From Armatimonadota bacterium (lineage in GTDB: Bacteria; Armatimonadota; SYMT01), in the NCBI GenBank assembly GCA_041690135.1, contig JAWLHY010000012.1:1-64000 (forward strand): a DNA stretch of 64,000 nt, written 5' to 3'. The notes under the pieces were generated by a model. That model was not told where the DNA came from. It made no database searches and saw nothing but the letters and a program-made list of their open reading frames with translations. The position numbers were made by a program, and so were the translations under genes. This document shows, one piece after another, positions 20,472 to 30,745 of the stretch; position 1 is the first letter of the stretch, and every line of letters begins with the position of its first letter.

Positions 20472-21797
20472 ATGTCAAAACCCGTCGTCGCGATCGTCGG
20501 GCGCCCCAACGTGGGCAAGTCGACCCTGTTCAACCGGCTGGTCGGACAGCGGGTCGCCATCGTGGAAGACACCCCCGGCATTACCCGGGACCGCGTCTAT
20601 GGGGACGCGGAATGGAACGGACGCCAGTTCACCGTGATCGACACCGGCGGGCTGGGGATGGAAGATACCGATCCGTTCGGCCGCCACATCCAGATGCAGG
20701 CGGAGATCGCCATTGAGGAGGCCGACGTCATCCTGCTGCTGGTCGACGCGGTGGACGGCCTGACCCCGGCCGATGAGGACGTGGCCGAGTTCTTCCGCCG
20801 GTCGGGCCGCCCGATTCTCCTCGTCGCCAACAAGGCGGATAACGAACGCCGCGAGGGCGAGGCCTACGAGTTCCAGCGGTTGGGTCTGGGAGACGTCTAT
20901 CCCGTTTCCGCCCACAGCGGCCGGGGCGTCGCCGACCTGCTGGACGATTTGGTCGACCGCCTGCCACCCGCCCCGGAAGAGGAAGAAGAGGACGACCGCA
21001 TCAAGGTGGCCATCGTGGGCCGTCCCAACGTCGGCAAGTCTTCCCTGATGAACGCCCTGTTGGGCCAGGAGCGGGTGATCGTGAGCCCGATGGCCGGCAC
21101 CACGCGCGACGCGGTGGACGTGCCCTTCGAATGGGGCGAGCACGAATTCACCCTGATCGATACCGCCGGCATCCGCCGCGCCGGCAAGATCCAGGGGTCC
21201 GTCGAGTTTTACACCGTGCTCCGGGCGGAAAGGGCCATCGAGCGGGCCGATGTGGCGGTGGTGGTCATCGACGCCAGCATGGGAGTGGTGGACGGCGACA
21301 AGCGCGTGGCCGGGCTGGCCGAGGAGAAGGGCAAGGCCACCCTTTTCTTCGTAAACAAATGGGACCTGATGAAAGGCATCACCCCCAAGGAGTTCGGCGC
21401 CACGGTCCGCAATGAGATGCCGTTCCTCTCCTTCGCGCCGATCGTGTTCGGCTCCGCCGAACAGGGCCGGGGCATGGACGACCTGCTGGAGGCGTGCGTT
21501 CAGGTGGAGGACAACCACAGCATGCGCATCGCCACCCCGGACTTGAACCGGGTAATCCACGAGGCCACCGACCGCCGCCCGTACACCCGCCGCGGCAAGG
21601 AGTTCAAGATTTACTACGCGACCCAGGTCGCCGTGAAGCCCCCGACCTTCGTACTGTTCGTCAACGATCCCAAGACGGTCCACGAGACCTATATGCGCTA
21701 CCTGGAGAACCAGCTCCGCGCCGCCTTCGGCTTCTCCGGCACTCCCGTCCGGCTCCTGCTCCGCAAGCGCGCCAAGGAGCCCGCCGCCGTCGCCTGA
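20472..21797 (+). CDS. der: Ribosome biogenesis GTPase Der (EngA)
   Basis: Two GRPNVGKS G-domains and a KH-like C-terminus. Confidence 0.98.
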   Translation: MSKPVVAIVGRPNVGKSTLFNRLVGQRVAIVEDTPGITRDRVYGDAEWNGRQFTVIDTGGLGMEDTDPFGRHIQMQAEIAIEEADVILLLVDAVDGLTPADEDVAEFFRRSGRPILLVANKADNERREGEAYEFQRLGLGDVYPVSAHSGRGVADLLDDLVDRLPPAPEEEEEDDRIKVAIVGRPNVGKSSLMNALLGQERVIVSPMAGTTRDAVDVPFEWGEHEFTLIDTAGIRRAGKIQGSVEFYTVLRAERAIERADVAVVVIDASMGVVDGDKRVAGLAEEKGKATLFFVNKWDLMKGITPKEFGATVRNEMPFLSFAPIVFGSAEQGRGMDDLLEACVQVEDNHSMRIATPDLNRVIHEATDRRPYTRRGKEFKIYYATQVAVKPPTFVLFVNDPKTVHETYMRYLENQLRAAFGFSGTPVRLLLRKRAKEPAAVA

Positions 21798-22084
21798 TTC
21801 CGGGCCTGTTAACCACAAAGGCACAGAGGACACGAAGAGGGGAAGAAGAGGGGAAGAAGAGGACCGCACTCGGCACCGCGCCCGGTGTACGAACCTTCCC
21901 CTCTGTTACGCGGCAATGTAGGCTTGCGCCCCGGGTACCCACGTGTGGGTGTGGTGGCAGGCTTTCCGATGCCTGCCCCGTCCCGGATTCGCACCGGTCG
22001 TGTTGGGTGAGGCATGGTTCCGCTGCCCAAGCGGTCGTGCCTCTCCTTCCGGCCCAAATTCTCGGTTTGTTGTCGGATGGCTGG

Positions 22085-22387
22085 TTACTCCAGTCCGTCG
22101 ATGGGCGGCAACTCCAGGCACGCGAGCCACGTCTCCAGGTCTTCCCACGTGTAGGTGTAACCCAGATCCCCGGTCCGGACCTCCTTGCCCTCCGCCTTCC
22201 GGATCAGGAACCGGATTGCCTCCCGGAGGTCCGGGACGGACGCTTCCCTGGGCGAAAGCGCGTCCGCGGAGTGTGTGACGACCCGCCCAGCCGTGTCGAA
22301 GTAGACATCGTGCACCGCGTACTCGTCCCCAACCGCCAGCCGGTGGCGCACCACTCGCGGCTCACAACGAACCAACCGGTCCTCCAT
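22085..22387 (-). CDS. Hypothetical protein
   Basis: Plausible ORF (YAVHDVYFD...); start uncertain. Confidence 0.5.
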   Translation of the reverse strand: MEDRLVRCEPRVVRHRLAVGDEYAVHDVYFDTAGRVVTHSADALSPREASVPDLREAIRFLIRKAEGKEVRTGDLGYTYTWEDLETWLACLELPPIDGLE

Positions 22388-22743
22388 CCTCTGCCGCACC
22401 ACCTTCTCCGCATCCGACCACCCGCATCGGAGGTCCCACTTCGATGCTCTACCGTTAACCCGACCGAAGCATTCCGCGAGACACTTCTCCCAAAGGGTCC
22501 AACTCGCCTCCGATGCAGAGCCAGACACCTGCGATCCGTGCCGCACCAACCGGTCCCGACCACCCAGGTAGGACGTTGCATGCAAGGCGAGTCTGGACGC
22601 CAGTCCGGCCGTTCGCGAACACCACCCCTGGACCCCGTACCGCCAATCCCGCTATCCGCCAACATGGTCCCGGAAGGGATTGTTCCGCATCTTCCGGAAT
22701 GAACCCACAGGAGCAAAGGGGCGTCAAGTCGGAGACCTGGAGC

Positions 22744-23712
22744 ATGTGCCGAAAAACTTACCGTCGCCTTGTGGCGGCTACACTCTTCATCCTCGCCTCC
22801 CTATCCTTCCCACAGGCTCCTTCGGCGAAGGTCGAGGGGCGGATTGCCTTTGCGGACGGGGGAAGCATCTGGACCATCCGCGCCGACGGCTCCGATCGCC
22901 GGCGCCTCACCCCACCGGGCAACGCCACTTCCCCTGTATGGTCCAGAGACGGACGGAAGCTGGCATTTGTGAGAGCCAGCAGTGCGGGCCAAAAGATCGG
23001 CTCCATTCACATGATGAATGCCGACGGGACCGGGCATCGCAAGCTCGCTGCGGGGAAATGCTGGTCGCCGCTCTGGTCGCCGGCGGCCGATGAGCTCGTC
23101 TACGTGCGGGGTTACCTGGAAGATGAGGCGCCCGGTACCTACCTCGCATTCGTTGACTCGCGGGGACGGCCCACCCGGAAGCCGCTGCTTCACCTGGCTA
23201 CCACCCATCTCCACAGTACGACCACCCATCAGGTGTGCTCCTGGGATGGCACGGGATCGCGATTGAGCGTTACACTGCACGGATTTCTCTTCAGTGATGT
23301 CGAAGAAGTCACGATTGGCGAAGCCGGTCTCCAACGCTGGCCGCTCTACGAACATAACCGGGTCCGGGGAAGTGAAGACTGGTTCGTGTACCACGGCTGG
23401 GCGCCGGACGGCTCCGGCCGCGACCTGCTAGTCAGGCATCGCCTCATCCGGGGGCAAGCGGAAGACATCAGTCAGTGGACAACCCGCACGGAGACCGAAC
23501 TGACGGTCGGAAAAGCCGGGGAAGGAGAACGTAGGACGGTGGCGCGACTGGTGCTGCGAAAGGGTCAGACGCTGCCGCTCCACGCTTCCTGGTCGCCGGA
23601 CGGAAGCCAGATCGTCTACGAGAGCGACGGAAAGATCTATGTTACCAGCGTGCACCACCCCAACCCGCGACTGCTGACTACCGGGGCTTGTCCGAGGTGG
23701 TCGCCCCAGTAG
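22744..23712 (+). CDS. TolB-like PD40 beta-propeller secreted protein
   Basis: Signal peptide; repeated WSxDG motifs; ends PRWSP. Confidence 0.8.
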   Translation: MCRKTYRRLVAATLFILASLSFPQAPSAKVEGRIAFADGGSIWTIRADGSDRRRLTPPGNATSPVWSRDGRKLAFVRASSAGQKIGSIHMMNADGTGHRKLAAGKCWSPLWSPAADELVYVRGYLEDEAPGTYLAFVDSRGRPTRKPLLHLATTHLHSTTTHQVCSWDGTGSRLSVTLHGFLFSDVEEVTIGEAGLQRWPLYEHNRVRGSEDWFVYHGWAPDGSGRDLLVRHRLIRGQAEDISQWTTRTETELTVGKAGEGERRTVARLVLRKGQTLPLHASWSPDGSQIVYESDGKIYVTSVHHPNPRLLTTGACPRWSPQ

Positions 23713-23723
23713 TTCAACTACCG

Positions 23724-24104
23724 ATGACACTTAGAAGCAAGTTTTGGCTTTATCTTGTCGCCCTGGGAGTTCTCTGCGCTGCCGTGTCAGGGGTGGTCAT
23801 TGCCTGGCGAGCCGAGCAGGCACGACTTCACCGCCACGTTCGTTGGTACTTCGATCTTCCGGCGGAGGCAATCATCCTCCACGCCGAGGAACGGAGGGAC
23901 TGGTGGATGTGTGGCGGGTATCTGGCCCGATTCCGCCTCCCCCACACCTGCACGCCGGAAGCCTGGCTCCACCAGATGGCGAAGGCTCGCGGGATCGACA
24001 AGTACCAGAAGCATCACTTCCTTTACAATACCGGCGGTGACATCAATCGCGTCGAGTACTTCCCGCACCGGAACGTTTACGAGGCGCAGTACCACTGGGA
24101 TTAG
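23724..24104 (+). CDS. Hypothetical protein with N-terminal TM segment
   Basis: Co-oriented ORF. Confidence 0.55.
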   Translation: MTLRSKFWLYLVALGVLCAAVSGVVIAWRAEQARLHRHVRWYFDLPAEAIILHAEERRDWWMCGGYLARFRLPHTCTPEAWLHQMAKARGIDKYQKHHFLYNTGGDINRVEYFPHRNVYEAQYHWD

Positions 24105-24143
24105 ACGGGGCAGGCGAGTTGCTGGAGGGGAAAGTAGCAACCG

Positions 24144-24587
24144 ATGGGAATGGAGACGGTCCTAACGGGATATATCGCGGAACCCTGGGTTGACGATCCC
24201 GCCAGCAACAGGCTCATGCGGCAGTGGAACCGAAGGGTTGTCCGAGAATTGCCCGCAGAAGACTCCTGGCCCCCATTGTGCCGCGGGATGTTTACATGTT
24301 CTCCCGGCGGCCGGCTGGGCAAGTATCGCGGCGCCATTATCCACTTCGGCGGCCGCTACAAGTCGATAGAGCAAGATTGGGAGGAGTGGCTCGCAAAGTA
24401 CGAGAATCTCCTGCGACACCTCTACTGGCAGAGTGCCGTGGTGTATCTGGAAACAGAGGTGGCAGGTCACTACCGATTTCAGTGGTGGCTGTCGAGCGCA
24501 GAGTTCAAGGGGTTCCTGGAAAGACCACCACGCTTACCTCGCACCTGGGAGTTTGAGGGTCCGTTCCGCCGCTGGTGGGATGCGTAA
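24144..24587 (+). CDS. Hypothetical protein
   Basis: IIHFGGRYKSIE..W.EWL.KYENLL; protein-like. Confidence 0.65.
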   Translation: MGMETVLTGYIAEPWVDDPASNRLMRQWNRRVVRELPAEDSWPPLCRGMFTCSPGGRLGKYRGAIIHFGGRYKSIEQDWEEWLAKYENLLRHLYWQSAVVYLETEVAGHYRFQWWLSSAEFKGFLERPPRLPRTWEFEGPFRRWWDA

Positions 24588-24635
24588 TCTCCACAAAGCT
24601 CTTTCCAGTACCTGGTGAACGACAGAGGAGCGAAA

Positions 24636-25079
24636 ATGAGCGAAGAAGCCAACCTGCCTTGGGGGACCGTCGATACCCGATTCGAAGACATTCACTCGTT
24701 CGCGCGGCGTCGAGACGTGGATGCCGTTCGAGGGGAATTGGCACGCGGGGTTGCGGTGGATGTTCTCAACGGAAAACATCCCAACGGGGATGGCGGGAAT
24801 ACCGCCCTCTGGTTTGCCGCGCAAGGCCCCGCGCCGGACGGACTTCCCGTCGTCGAACTGCTCGTTGCCGCCGGTGCGGACATCAACCGGGCCTGCGAAC
24901 ACGGGTACACAGCGCTCCACATGGCCGCTCAGTGGGGCCACCTGGATGTCGTCCGCTTCCTGGTGGACAGCGGCGCTCACCCGCGGCCGGTCTCCGACCG
25001 AGACGGCACCCCTGCCGACATGGCGCGGAGACGAGGACACCAGCGCATCGTCGAATTTCTGGATTCTCGAGTTGAATGA
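24636..25079 (+). CDS. Ankyrin repeat protein
   Basis: GNTALWFAA, GYTALHMAAQWGH..VV.FLV..GA. Confidence 0.9.
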   Translation: MSEEANLPWGTVDTRFEDIHSFARRRDVDAVRGELARGVAVDVLNGKHPNGDGGNTALWFAAQGPAPDGLPVVELLVAAGADINRACEHGYTALHMAAQWGHLDVVRFLVDSGAHPRPVSDRDGTPADMARRRGHQRIVEFLDSRVE

Positions 25080-25137
25080 CACGGTTGGACCGTCCAGTTG
25101 GGTGACAGCACCGCGGGAAGATGGGAATCCTGGTGCC

Positions 25138-25491
25138 ATGGTACAGCACACACGCTATCAGGACGCTGGAGTGCCCGGTCGAGGTGCTCATTGGAGACGC
25201 ACGAGCCTGCTTGTATGCCTCACCCTCCTCTCGATCTCCTCCCTGTGGATCACGGGGGTATCGCTGCTGGACTACCGGAGCACCTACGCCCTGGATTGCG
25301 GCACGGGAAGATTGGGCGCCCTCGGTACGCTTTACCTCGCCCCGATCCTTCTCAGTTTGCCGCTGGCCCTCTGGTGGGGACTGCCGAAGAACCACCCGAC
25401 CCGCACGTTCGCGCAGCGAGTGGCCTTCTGGCCGGCGCTGATCTGGCTGCTCACCGCCATCTCGACCCTACTCATGGAGTCGCTGCGGTAG
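25138..25491 (+). CDS. Membrane hypothetical protein
   Basis: Three hydrophobic segments. Confidence 0.5.
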   Translation: MVQHTRYQDAGVPGRGAHWRRTSLLVCLTLLSISSLWITGVSLLDYRSTYALDCGTGRLGALGTLYLAPILLSLPLALWWGLPKNHPTRTFAQRVAFWPALIWLLTAISTLLMESLR

Positions 25492-25552
25492 TTGTGGAGC
25501 CTACGAAGACTTGTTGGCTATACGCCACGTCGGATGTTGAAACTCTGGAAAA

Positions 25553-26032
25553 GTGATGGCGGAACACCACTTCCAACTCTTTGCCGACTACTTCCAGTTC
25601 TACTTGCAGGATGGAGAGGCGGACGGGGATCTCTCCGCTAGCTGGACGGACGAGGCCGTGCAGTGCCTGCTGGCTCTCGCACCAGGGACCATCGGCGTAG
25701 GAACCGTCCGGGACACGGACGTGCCCGTGACGGTGGAAGTCCGCGACGAGGCCCCAGTGGAGAGCGATTACTCGCCCTGGGACCAGATCAACGAAGGCAG
25801 CATCGAAGTCCCTTCGGGTCGTCTGGTAGTCGCGGGCTGCACAGACTACTTCCCGGATGCCGCCCGGGTCCTCATTACCCCGGGCACGTACCGTGCGCGG
25901 ATCTACTATGGACAACTCGACAGCCTCCGCGAAGACGGCCTGGAGGGTGACGATCACTATCGTGTGGTACTCTGGCCCGCTCCAACTTCCCCACGGCGCC
26001 TTTTGAAGTCCCGCTGTAGCCCCACCAGCTAA
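25553..26032 (+). CDS. Hypothetical protein (possibly immunity-type)
   Basis: FADYFQFYLQD...D.YRVVLWP; acidic and beta-rich. Confidence 0.7.
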   Translation: MMAEHHFQLFADYFQFYLQDGEADGDLSASWTDEAVQCLLALAPGTIGVGTVRDTDVPVTVEVRDEAPVESDYSPWDQINEGSIEVPSGRLVVAGCTDYFPDAARVLITPGTYRARIYYGQLDSLREDGLEGDDHYRVVLWPAPTSPRRLLKSRCSPTS

Positions 26033-26039
26033 AGGCTTT

Positions 26040-26251
26040 TCCAACCTGGAGCATCAGGAAGGTCCCGCCCAGAGCATCCCCATCCTGGTGCTGAGTGCGG
26101 ATCTTGCGTAACCCGCCGGCCATCGTGGATGGGAACTTGGAGTGGATGGCTACCAGTCCACATCTCTGGAAGCGCTTCCCCGATTGGAGCAGGAGATCCT
26201 GGTGAAGACGGAACGGATCCTCAAGTACCGGGAGAGTAATGGCAGACTGTA
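26040..26251 (+). pseudogene. Response-regulator receiver fragment
   Basis: Frame reads SIPILVLSADLA*PAGHRGWELGVDGY with an internal TAA. Confidence 0.35.
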
Positions 26252-26308
26252 GCCGCACGAAGACAACGGCGTGAGGCGCCAACAGGCAGCGGCCTCTGGA
26301 GCAAGGGA

Positions 26309-26551
26309 ATGAGTGCCAAAGTCAACCCCCGAACCGGCAACCTCTGGGTCATCTGGTGTGACCGCTGCCACCGGGCGGTCAACACCCACGACGAGCCCGA
26401 ACACCACCACCCGGAGCAGTGCGGAGGCTGCCGCAAGTTCCGGAGGCAGGATGCGGACTGGGGTTACTGCACCCACCAGTTCTCCGTCTACTGTGGACGC
26501 CTGATGTTCGAGCACGACACCTGCTCACAATGGTTGGAAGGGGAATGGTAG
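26309..26551 (+). CDS. Small Cys-rich protein (DUF3027-like)
   Basis: QCGGC...DWGYC...S...GRLMFEHDTC. Confidence 0.65.
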   Translation: MSAKVNPRTGNLWVIWCDRCHRAVNTHDEPEHHHPEQCGGCRKFRRQDADWGYCTHQFSVYCGRLMFEHDTCSQWLEGEW

Positions 26552-26555
26552 TCTT

Positions 26556-26999
26556 ATGTCAGGGTATTCTCGCAACCCCCGTTACTGGTTGGAACGCCGG
26601 GCCAAACGCCGGACGGGCTATCCTCTCGCCACGCTCGCCTTCTACGGCCCGGACGACCGGCGTGCGTCGAAAGCCGTCGTCGGCATCGTTCCTTCCGAGC
26701 GGGCGCCGGAAGAGGTCGCGGAGATGAGAAAGTGGTTCTCCGAGACGACCGACCTCCGGACCGACCCGGAAGCCGCAGGGCAGATCCTGACCTTCCTGGA
26801 TGAGCATCAGGTGGAGCGGATCGTGATGGTGGACCGGATCATCGGCTGTCCGCACGAGGAAGGGGTTGACTATCCCGAAGGAGAGGCATGCCCCCAATGC
26901 CCCTACTGGAAGGACCGCGACCGCTGGACGGGAGAACGAGGATGTCAGAAGATCGGAAAGAGCAACGGCGACATTATCCCGTTAGAAAGTCCACCCTGA
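26556..26999 (+). CDS. Conserved hypothetical protein with C-terminal Cys cluster
   Basis: FYGPDDRRASK...IIGCPHEEGVDYPEGEACPQCPYW. Confidence 0.8.
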   Translation: MSGYSRNPRYWLERRAKRRTGYPLATLAFYGPDDRRASKAVVGIVPSERAPEEVAEMRKWFSETTDLRTDPEAAGQILTFLDEHQVERIVMVDRIIGCPHEEGVDYPEGEACPQCPYWKDRDRWTGERGCQKIGKSNGDIIPLESPP

Positions 27000-27160
27000 A
27001 AGGGCAGGATGAAGATCTGGACCTGGAGAATACGACGCCGGCCGAACGCATCAGTATGATGTGGCAGTTGGCTCCGGACGCCTGGGCCTTTACAGGACAA
27101 CCTCTTGCTGAATCCCGACTTCCGCGACATCTTGTCCGAGTTTATCACCGCCGGGGTTGA
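26942..27160 (+). CDS. Small protein upstream of nucleotidyltransferase (TA-like partner)
   Basis: TPAERI.MMWQL motif; overlaps the next gene. Confidence 0.55.
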   Translation: MSEDRKEQRRHYPVRKSTLKGQDEDLDLENTTPAERISMMWQLAPDAWAFTGQPLAESRLPRHLVRVYHRRG

Positions 27161-27338
27161 GTTCCTGGTGGTGCGTGCCTACGCACTGGCTGCCCACGGA
27201 TTGCCCCGTGCGACCGGGGACATCGATCTCTGGGTACGCAGCAGCGAGGAGAACGCGGCGCGGGTGATGGAGGCCCTCTCCCGATTCGGGGCTCCAATTG
27301 CCGACATTAGTACAAAAGAATGGCTGCGGCTAACCTGA
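27105..27338 (+). pseudogene. Truncated minimal nucleotidyltransferase
   Basis: VV(G>R)AYALAAHGLPRATGDID; only 77 aa, shorter than the roughly 150 aa expected for the family. Confidence 0.6.
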
Positions 27339-27351
27339 CCCTGGACCCGAG

Positions 27352-27774
27352 TTGATGGAGAAACGCTATAGCTATCAGCTAACGGAACATTCCCAGGATG
27401 GGGATGCTGCGTTCGGCTTTGCACCTTACCAGGCTCCTCCCGAGAGGACGTTGCATTATCTCTCGCAGCTTCTCGGCGACCACTCCGAGGAACTGATTCG
27501 CGAGATCCTGGAGTGCCTTTCCGGCGCGGACCACTTCATTCCGGCTGAACACCTCGCCAAAGTAGATCTTCGCTCGACCCCGCTGGAGGAAATCCTTCGC
27601 CCCTATGACGTTCCCTGGTTCTACTTCGAGGCGGTAGCCGAATGCGACAACGGGACAATCGAAGTTGACGTGAGCCACGGGATCGCTCTCGGTGCCGTGG
27701 GAGAGACGTTTGCATTCCAGAGGCAGAACGGTCGTTTGGTGCTGGTCAAACGATACGAGCGATGGATTTCGTAG
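27352..27774 (+). CDS. Hypothetical protein
   Basis: Protein-like ORF. Confidence 0.6.
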   Translation: MMEKRYSYQLTEHSQDGDAAFGFAPYQAPPERTLHYLSQLLGDHSEELIREILECLSGADHFIPAEHLAKVDLRSTPLEEILRPYDVPWFYFEAVAECDNGTIEVDVSHGIALGAVGETFAFQRQNGRLVLVKRYERWIS

Positions 27775-27817
27775 GGGAGACAGAGGAGGCCTCACCTTCT
27801 TGGACCAACCATCCGGT

Positions 27818-29089
27818 ATGAAGCCCCTCAAGCTGGTTCCCCTGGCCCTCTTCCTGGTGCTGGCTGCCGGTTCGCTAACCGCCCGGGAGGCGGGGGAAAG
27901 AACTCCGGAGAAGTTCGCCGCGATGACCGCCGCGGAGGTGCGCGGTTTCGAGCTGGAGGTCATGCGGAAAGTCGCCGACCTGGCCCTGATTCCGCCGCAA
28001 CTGAACACGTCGCCGCTGCCGAAGTACGATTACGACCGGCTCGACTACGGCATGACCATCGGCATCGAGCGCACGCCGAAGGGGCGGCTCTGGGCCTGCT
28101 GGGTCGCGGGCGGGGATAGCCCCAAGGCGTTCTTCGTGCTCGCCACGAGCGATGACGACGGTGAAACCTGGTCGAAGCCGCGTCTCGTCGTGGACGCCCA
28201 CTCTCCCAACCTGCCGATGGACCGCAGCGTCCTCGTGGGCAATCTCTGGACCGATCCGCTGGGACGCCTCTGGCTGTTCTTCGACCAGTCCATGCACATG
28301 TTCGATGGACGCGCGGGCGTGTGGGCGGCGGTCTGCGAAAACCCAGATACCGACCGCCCGGCCTGGTCCGCGCCGCGCCGCATCTGGCACGGCGTCATGC
28401 TGAACAAGCCGACCGTGCTGGCCGACGGCGCGTGGGGGCTGCCGATCTCCCTCGACCAGCGGGAGGGGTTCGGGCCCTTCAAGGGCCTCTTCAAGGAGCT
28501 GGATCCGCTGCGGGGCGCCAATCTCATTGTCTCCACCGACCGGGGCGCCACGTGGCAGCGCCGGGGCGCGGCTCGGTTCCCCAATCCGGACTGGCACGAG
28601 CACATGATCGTCGAGCGGAAGGACGGCACGCTCTGGATGCTGGCGCGCACCGCCAGGGGAATCATGCAGAGCACCTCCGCGGACGGCGGCCGTACGTGGA
28701 GTGAGCCCACCGAACCACCAGGCATTCGTCAGCCGAATGCGCGTTTCCACCTCCGGCGGCTGGCCTCGGGAAAACTGCTGCTGGTGAAGCACGGGGACGC
28801 CGTCGACCGCCACGAAGGGAGGGTGCAACTCAGCGCCTGGCTCTCGGCGGACGAGGGCAAGAGCTGGAAGGGGGGACTGGTGCTCGACGAGCGCCGGGGC
28901 ATTTCCTATCCTGATGGTTTCCAGGCGCCGGACGGAACGATCTACATCTCCTACGATCGCAACCGCTCCACCGACGGCGAAATCCTGCTGGCGCGGTTTA
29001 CCGAGGCGGATATACGGGAGAAGAGGCTGGTCGGTCCCCGGTCGAAGTTGAAGATGCTTATCAGTCGCCCGCTGGCCAAGAAGCGGTAG
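27818..29089 (+). CDS. Secreted BNR/Asp-box sialidase-family protein
   Basis: Signal peptide; SDDDGETW, STDRGATW, SADGGRTW, SADEGKSW; SYPD. Confidence 0.88.
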   Translation: MKPLKLVPLALFLVLAAGSLTAREAGERTPEKFAAMTAAEVRGFELEVMRKVADLALIPPQLNTSPLPKYDYDRLDYGMTIGIERTPKGRLWACWVAGGDSPKAFFVLATSDDDGETWSKPRLVVDAHSPNLPMDRSVLVGNLWTDPLGRLWLFFDQSMHMFDGRAGVWAAVCENPDTDRPAWSAPRRIWHGVMLNKPTVLADGAWGLPISLDQREGFGPFKGLFKELDPLRGANLIVSTDRGATWQRRGAARFPNPDWHEHMIVERKDGTLWMLARTARGIMQSTSADGGRTWSEPTEPPGIRQPNARFHLRRLASGKLLLVKHGDAVDRHEGRVQLSAWLSADEGKSWKGGLVLDERRGISYPDGFQAPDGTIYISYDRNRSTDGEILLARFTEADIREKRLVGPRSKLKMLISRPLAKKR

Positions 29090-29257
29090 CACGACGTCAA
29101 GAGATGGTGCGGAACACCCGGAACATCTTGTGCGAAGCGAACGCCTGGTCTGATGGCAATGCTTGCTGTGCAGCCGCGACATACCAGGTATCTCGGCTTC
29201 ACCCGCAGAACATAAGGCATGGTAGAATGGGCATCTACACCTCACTCAGGATGCGAC

Positions 29258-29476
29258 ATGACACAACTGCTTGAGAAAGTTATGGATCGGGTGCACCGGC
29301 TTCCGGATGCGGAGCAGGATGCCATTGCGGCGGTGATTCTCGAGGAGCTTGAGGATGAGGCCCGGTGGCAGCAAGCGTTTGCGCAGTCCCAGGATCAACT
29401 GGCAGTTCTCGCCCAGGAGGCACTGGCCGATCTGCGCGCGGGTAAGACGCGCGACCTTGACCCCGGTTGTCTATGA
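29258..29476 (+). CDS. Putative antitoxin
   Basis: MTQLLEK...LP..EQDAIA..IL.ELEDE.RW...F..SQ family; overlaps the toxin start. Confidence 0.75.
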   Translation: MTQLLEKVMDRVHRLPDAEQDAIAAVILEELEDEARWQQAFAQSQDQLAVLAQEALADLRAGKTRDLDPGCL

Positions 29477-29742
29477 TCTCTCGGACCACCGATCGTTTCT
29501 GGCGAGAGTATGAGCGCCTCCCGGCTGAAGTCAAAGCCTAGGCACAGGCTGCCTACCGCTTATTCGAACAGAATCCTCACCACCCGGGATTGCGATTTCG
29601 GTGTGTTCATCAAACCCTCCCCATCTACTCGGCGCGGATCGGACTCCACTACCGTGCGGTGGGTGTCCTGGAAGGCGACATGATCGTCTGGTTCTGGATC
29701 GGCCCACACGCCGAGTATGACCATTTGATCCGCAACCTTTAG
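29473..29742 (+). pseudogene. RelE/ParE-like toxin with premature TAG
   Basis: MISRTTDRFW...KA*AQAAYRLF..NPHHPGLRF...YSARIGLHYRAVG...WFWIGPHAEYD; TAG at 29539-29541. Confidence 0.85.
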
Positions 29743-29766
29743 ATATGCGCCAGTTGGAGAGGTTGC

Positions 29767-29943
29767 ATGATGGACCGGGGTGTGACGGACGAGAACGGCG
29801 AAAGCCCCATCTACTGGGGCGGCACGCACAACTTTCTCCGTCTCTGCACGGACGAACTACCGGACGTCGACCTGGATGTCTTTCCCGACTATCCCGCCTG
29901 GGTAGAGTTCCGGCTGAAGGAAGCGCTGGAAGAGATCCCCTAA
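29767..29943 (+). CDS. Small acidic hypothetical protein or gene fragment
   Basis: GGAGAGG RBS; 58-aa ORF not in the track. Confidence 0.35.
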   Translation: MMDRGVTDENGESPIYWGGTHNFLRLCTDELPDVDLDVFPDYPAWVEFRLKEALEEIP

Positions 29944-29986
29944 CCCGGCAACAGGCAGGCGTGAGGTAAGGCCCAGCGAGACACGG

Positions 29987-30646
29987 ATGAGCGCTGCAGA
30001 CCAATACCGCGAGTGGCTGGGCAGATTTCCGGCAGAGCCGGCCGACCGCATGGCCACCGCGTTGGCGGCGATCGAAGCGTTTGAAGCCTGCGAGCGTAAA
30101 CCGGATCTGGCCGAGGCGGACTTACAGCCGCTAGTGGCCGCCGCCACCTCCACCCACAAGCGGGTCGTCGAGACGGGGTGCAAACTACTGGTGCAGTTGG
30201 CGCTGCGCCACCCCGCAGCGCGAGAGTGCCTCCTGCAAATGGCACGGAGCAAAGATGCCGCCGCCCGGTTCCACGCCGTGGCCTACCTGCATGGGGAGCT
30301 ACCCGAGACGCTGCGGCTGGAGATTGTGGGGCTCGCCCTGCGCGACCGCAGCGCGAAGGTCCGGAAGAAAGGGATCGAGCGCGCCGAGCAGTTCCGGTTC
30401 CGGGGCTTCCTGCCCCTGCTGCAGGAGATGGAACGGATGGAGAGCCACGCAGGCGTCCGCGCGTCGCTGGATCTCCACCTGCCGCTCCTTCGGGACGGCT
30501 ACCGGTTGCAGCCGGCGGGTAGTGGTCAGGGTTACTACCTCACCGTGCGGGGACCCAACTCCCTGGGCGGGCCATTCATCCCGAATGAGAAGTATTCCGA
30601 TGAGTTCGTCCGCCAGGAAGTCGCCCGGCTGCAGTCGGCGTTGTGA
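29987..30646 (+). CDS. HEAT-repeat-like hypothetical protein
   Basis: Helical repeats SKDAAARFHAV, LRDRSAKVR. Confidence 0.65.
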   Translation: MSAADQYREWLGRFPAEPADRMATALAAIEAFEACERKPDLAEADLQPLVAAATSTHKRVVETGCKLLVQLALRHPAARECLLQMARSKDAAARFHAVAYLHGELPETLRLEIVGLALRDRSAKVRKKGIERAEQFRFRGFLPLLQEMERMESHAGVRASLDLHLPLLRDGYRLQPAGSGQGYYLTVRGPNSLGGPFIPNEKYSDEFVRQEVARLQSAL

Positions 30647-30745
30647 TGGGTGAAACCGGAGGGATAGAGGCACTGAGCTACATTGCGCCGGGGCTGCGAG
30701 GTCCCACGCCAGAGGTTTACCGTGATTCGCTCGAAAGACTACTTT

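Noticed and set aside
29539-29541. Pyrrolysine recoding of the toxin TAG
   Set aside because: Non-catalytic position, no pyl genes in view; a simple nonsense mutation is more parsimonious
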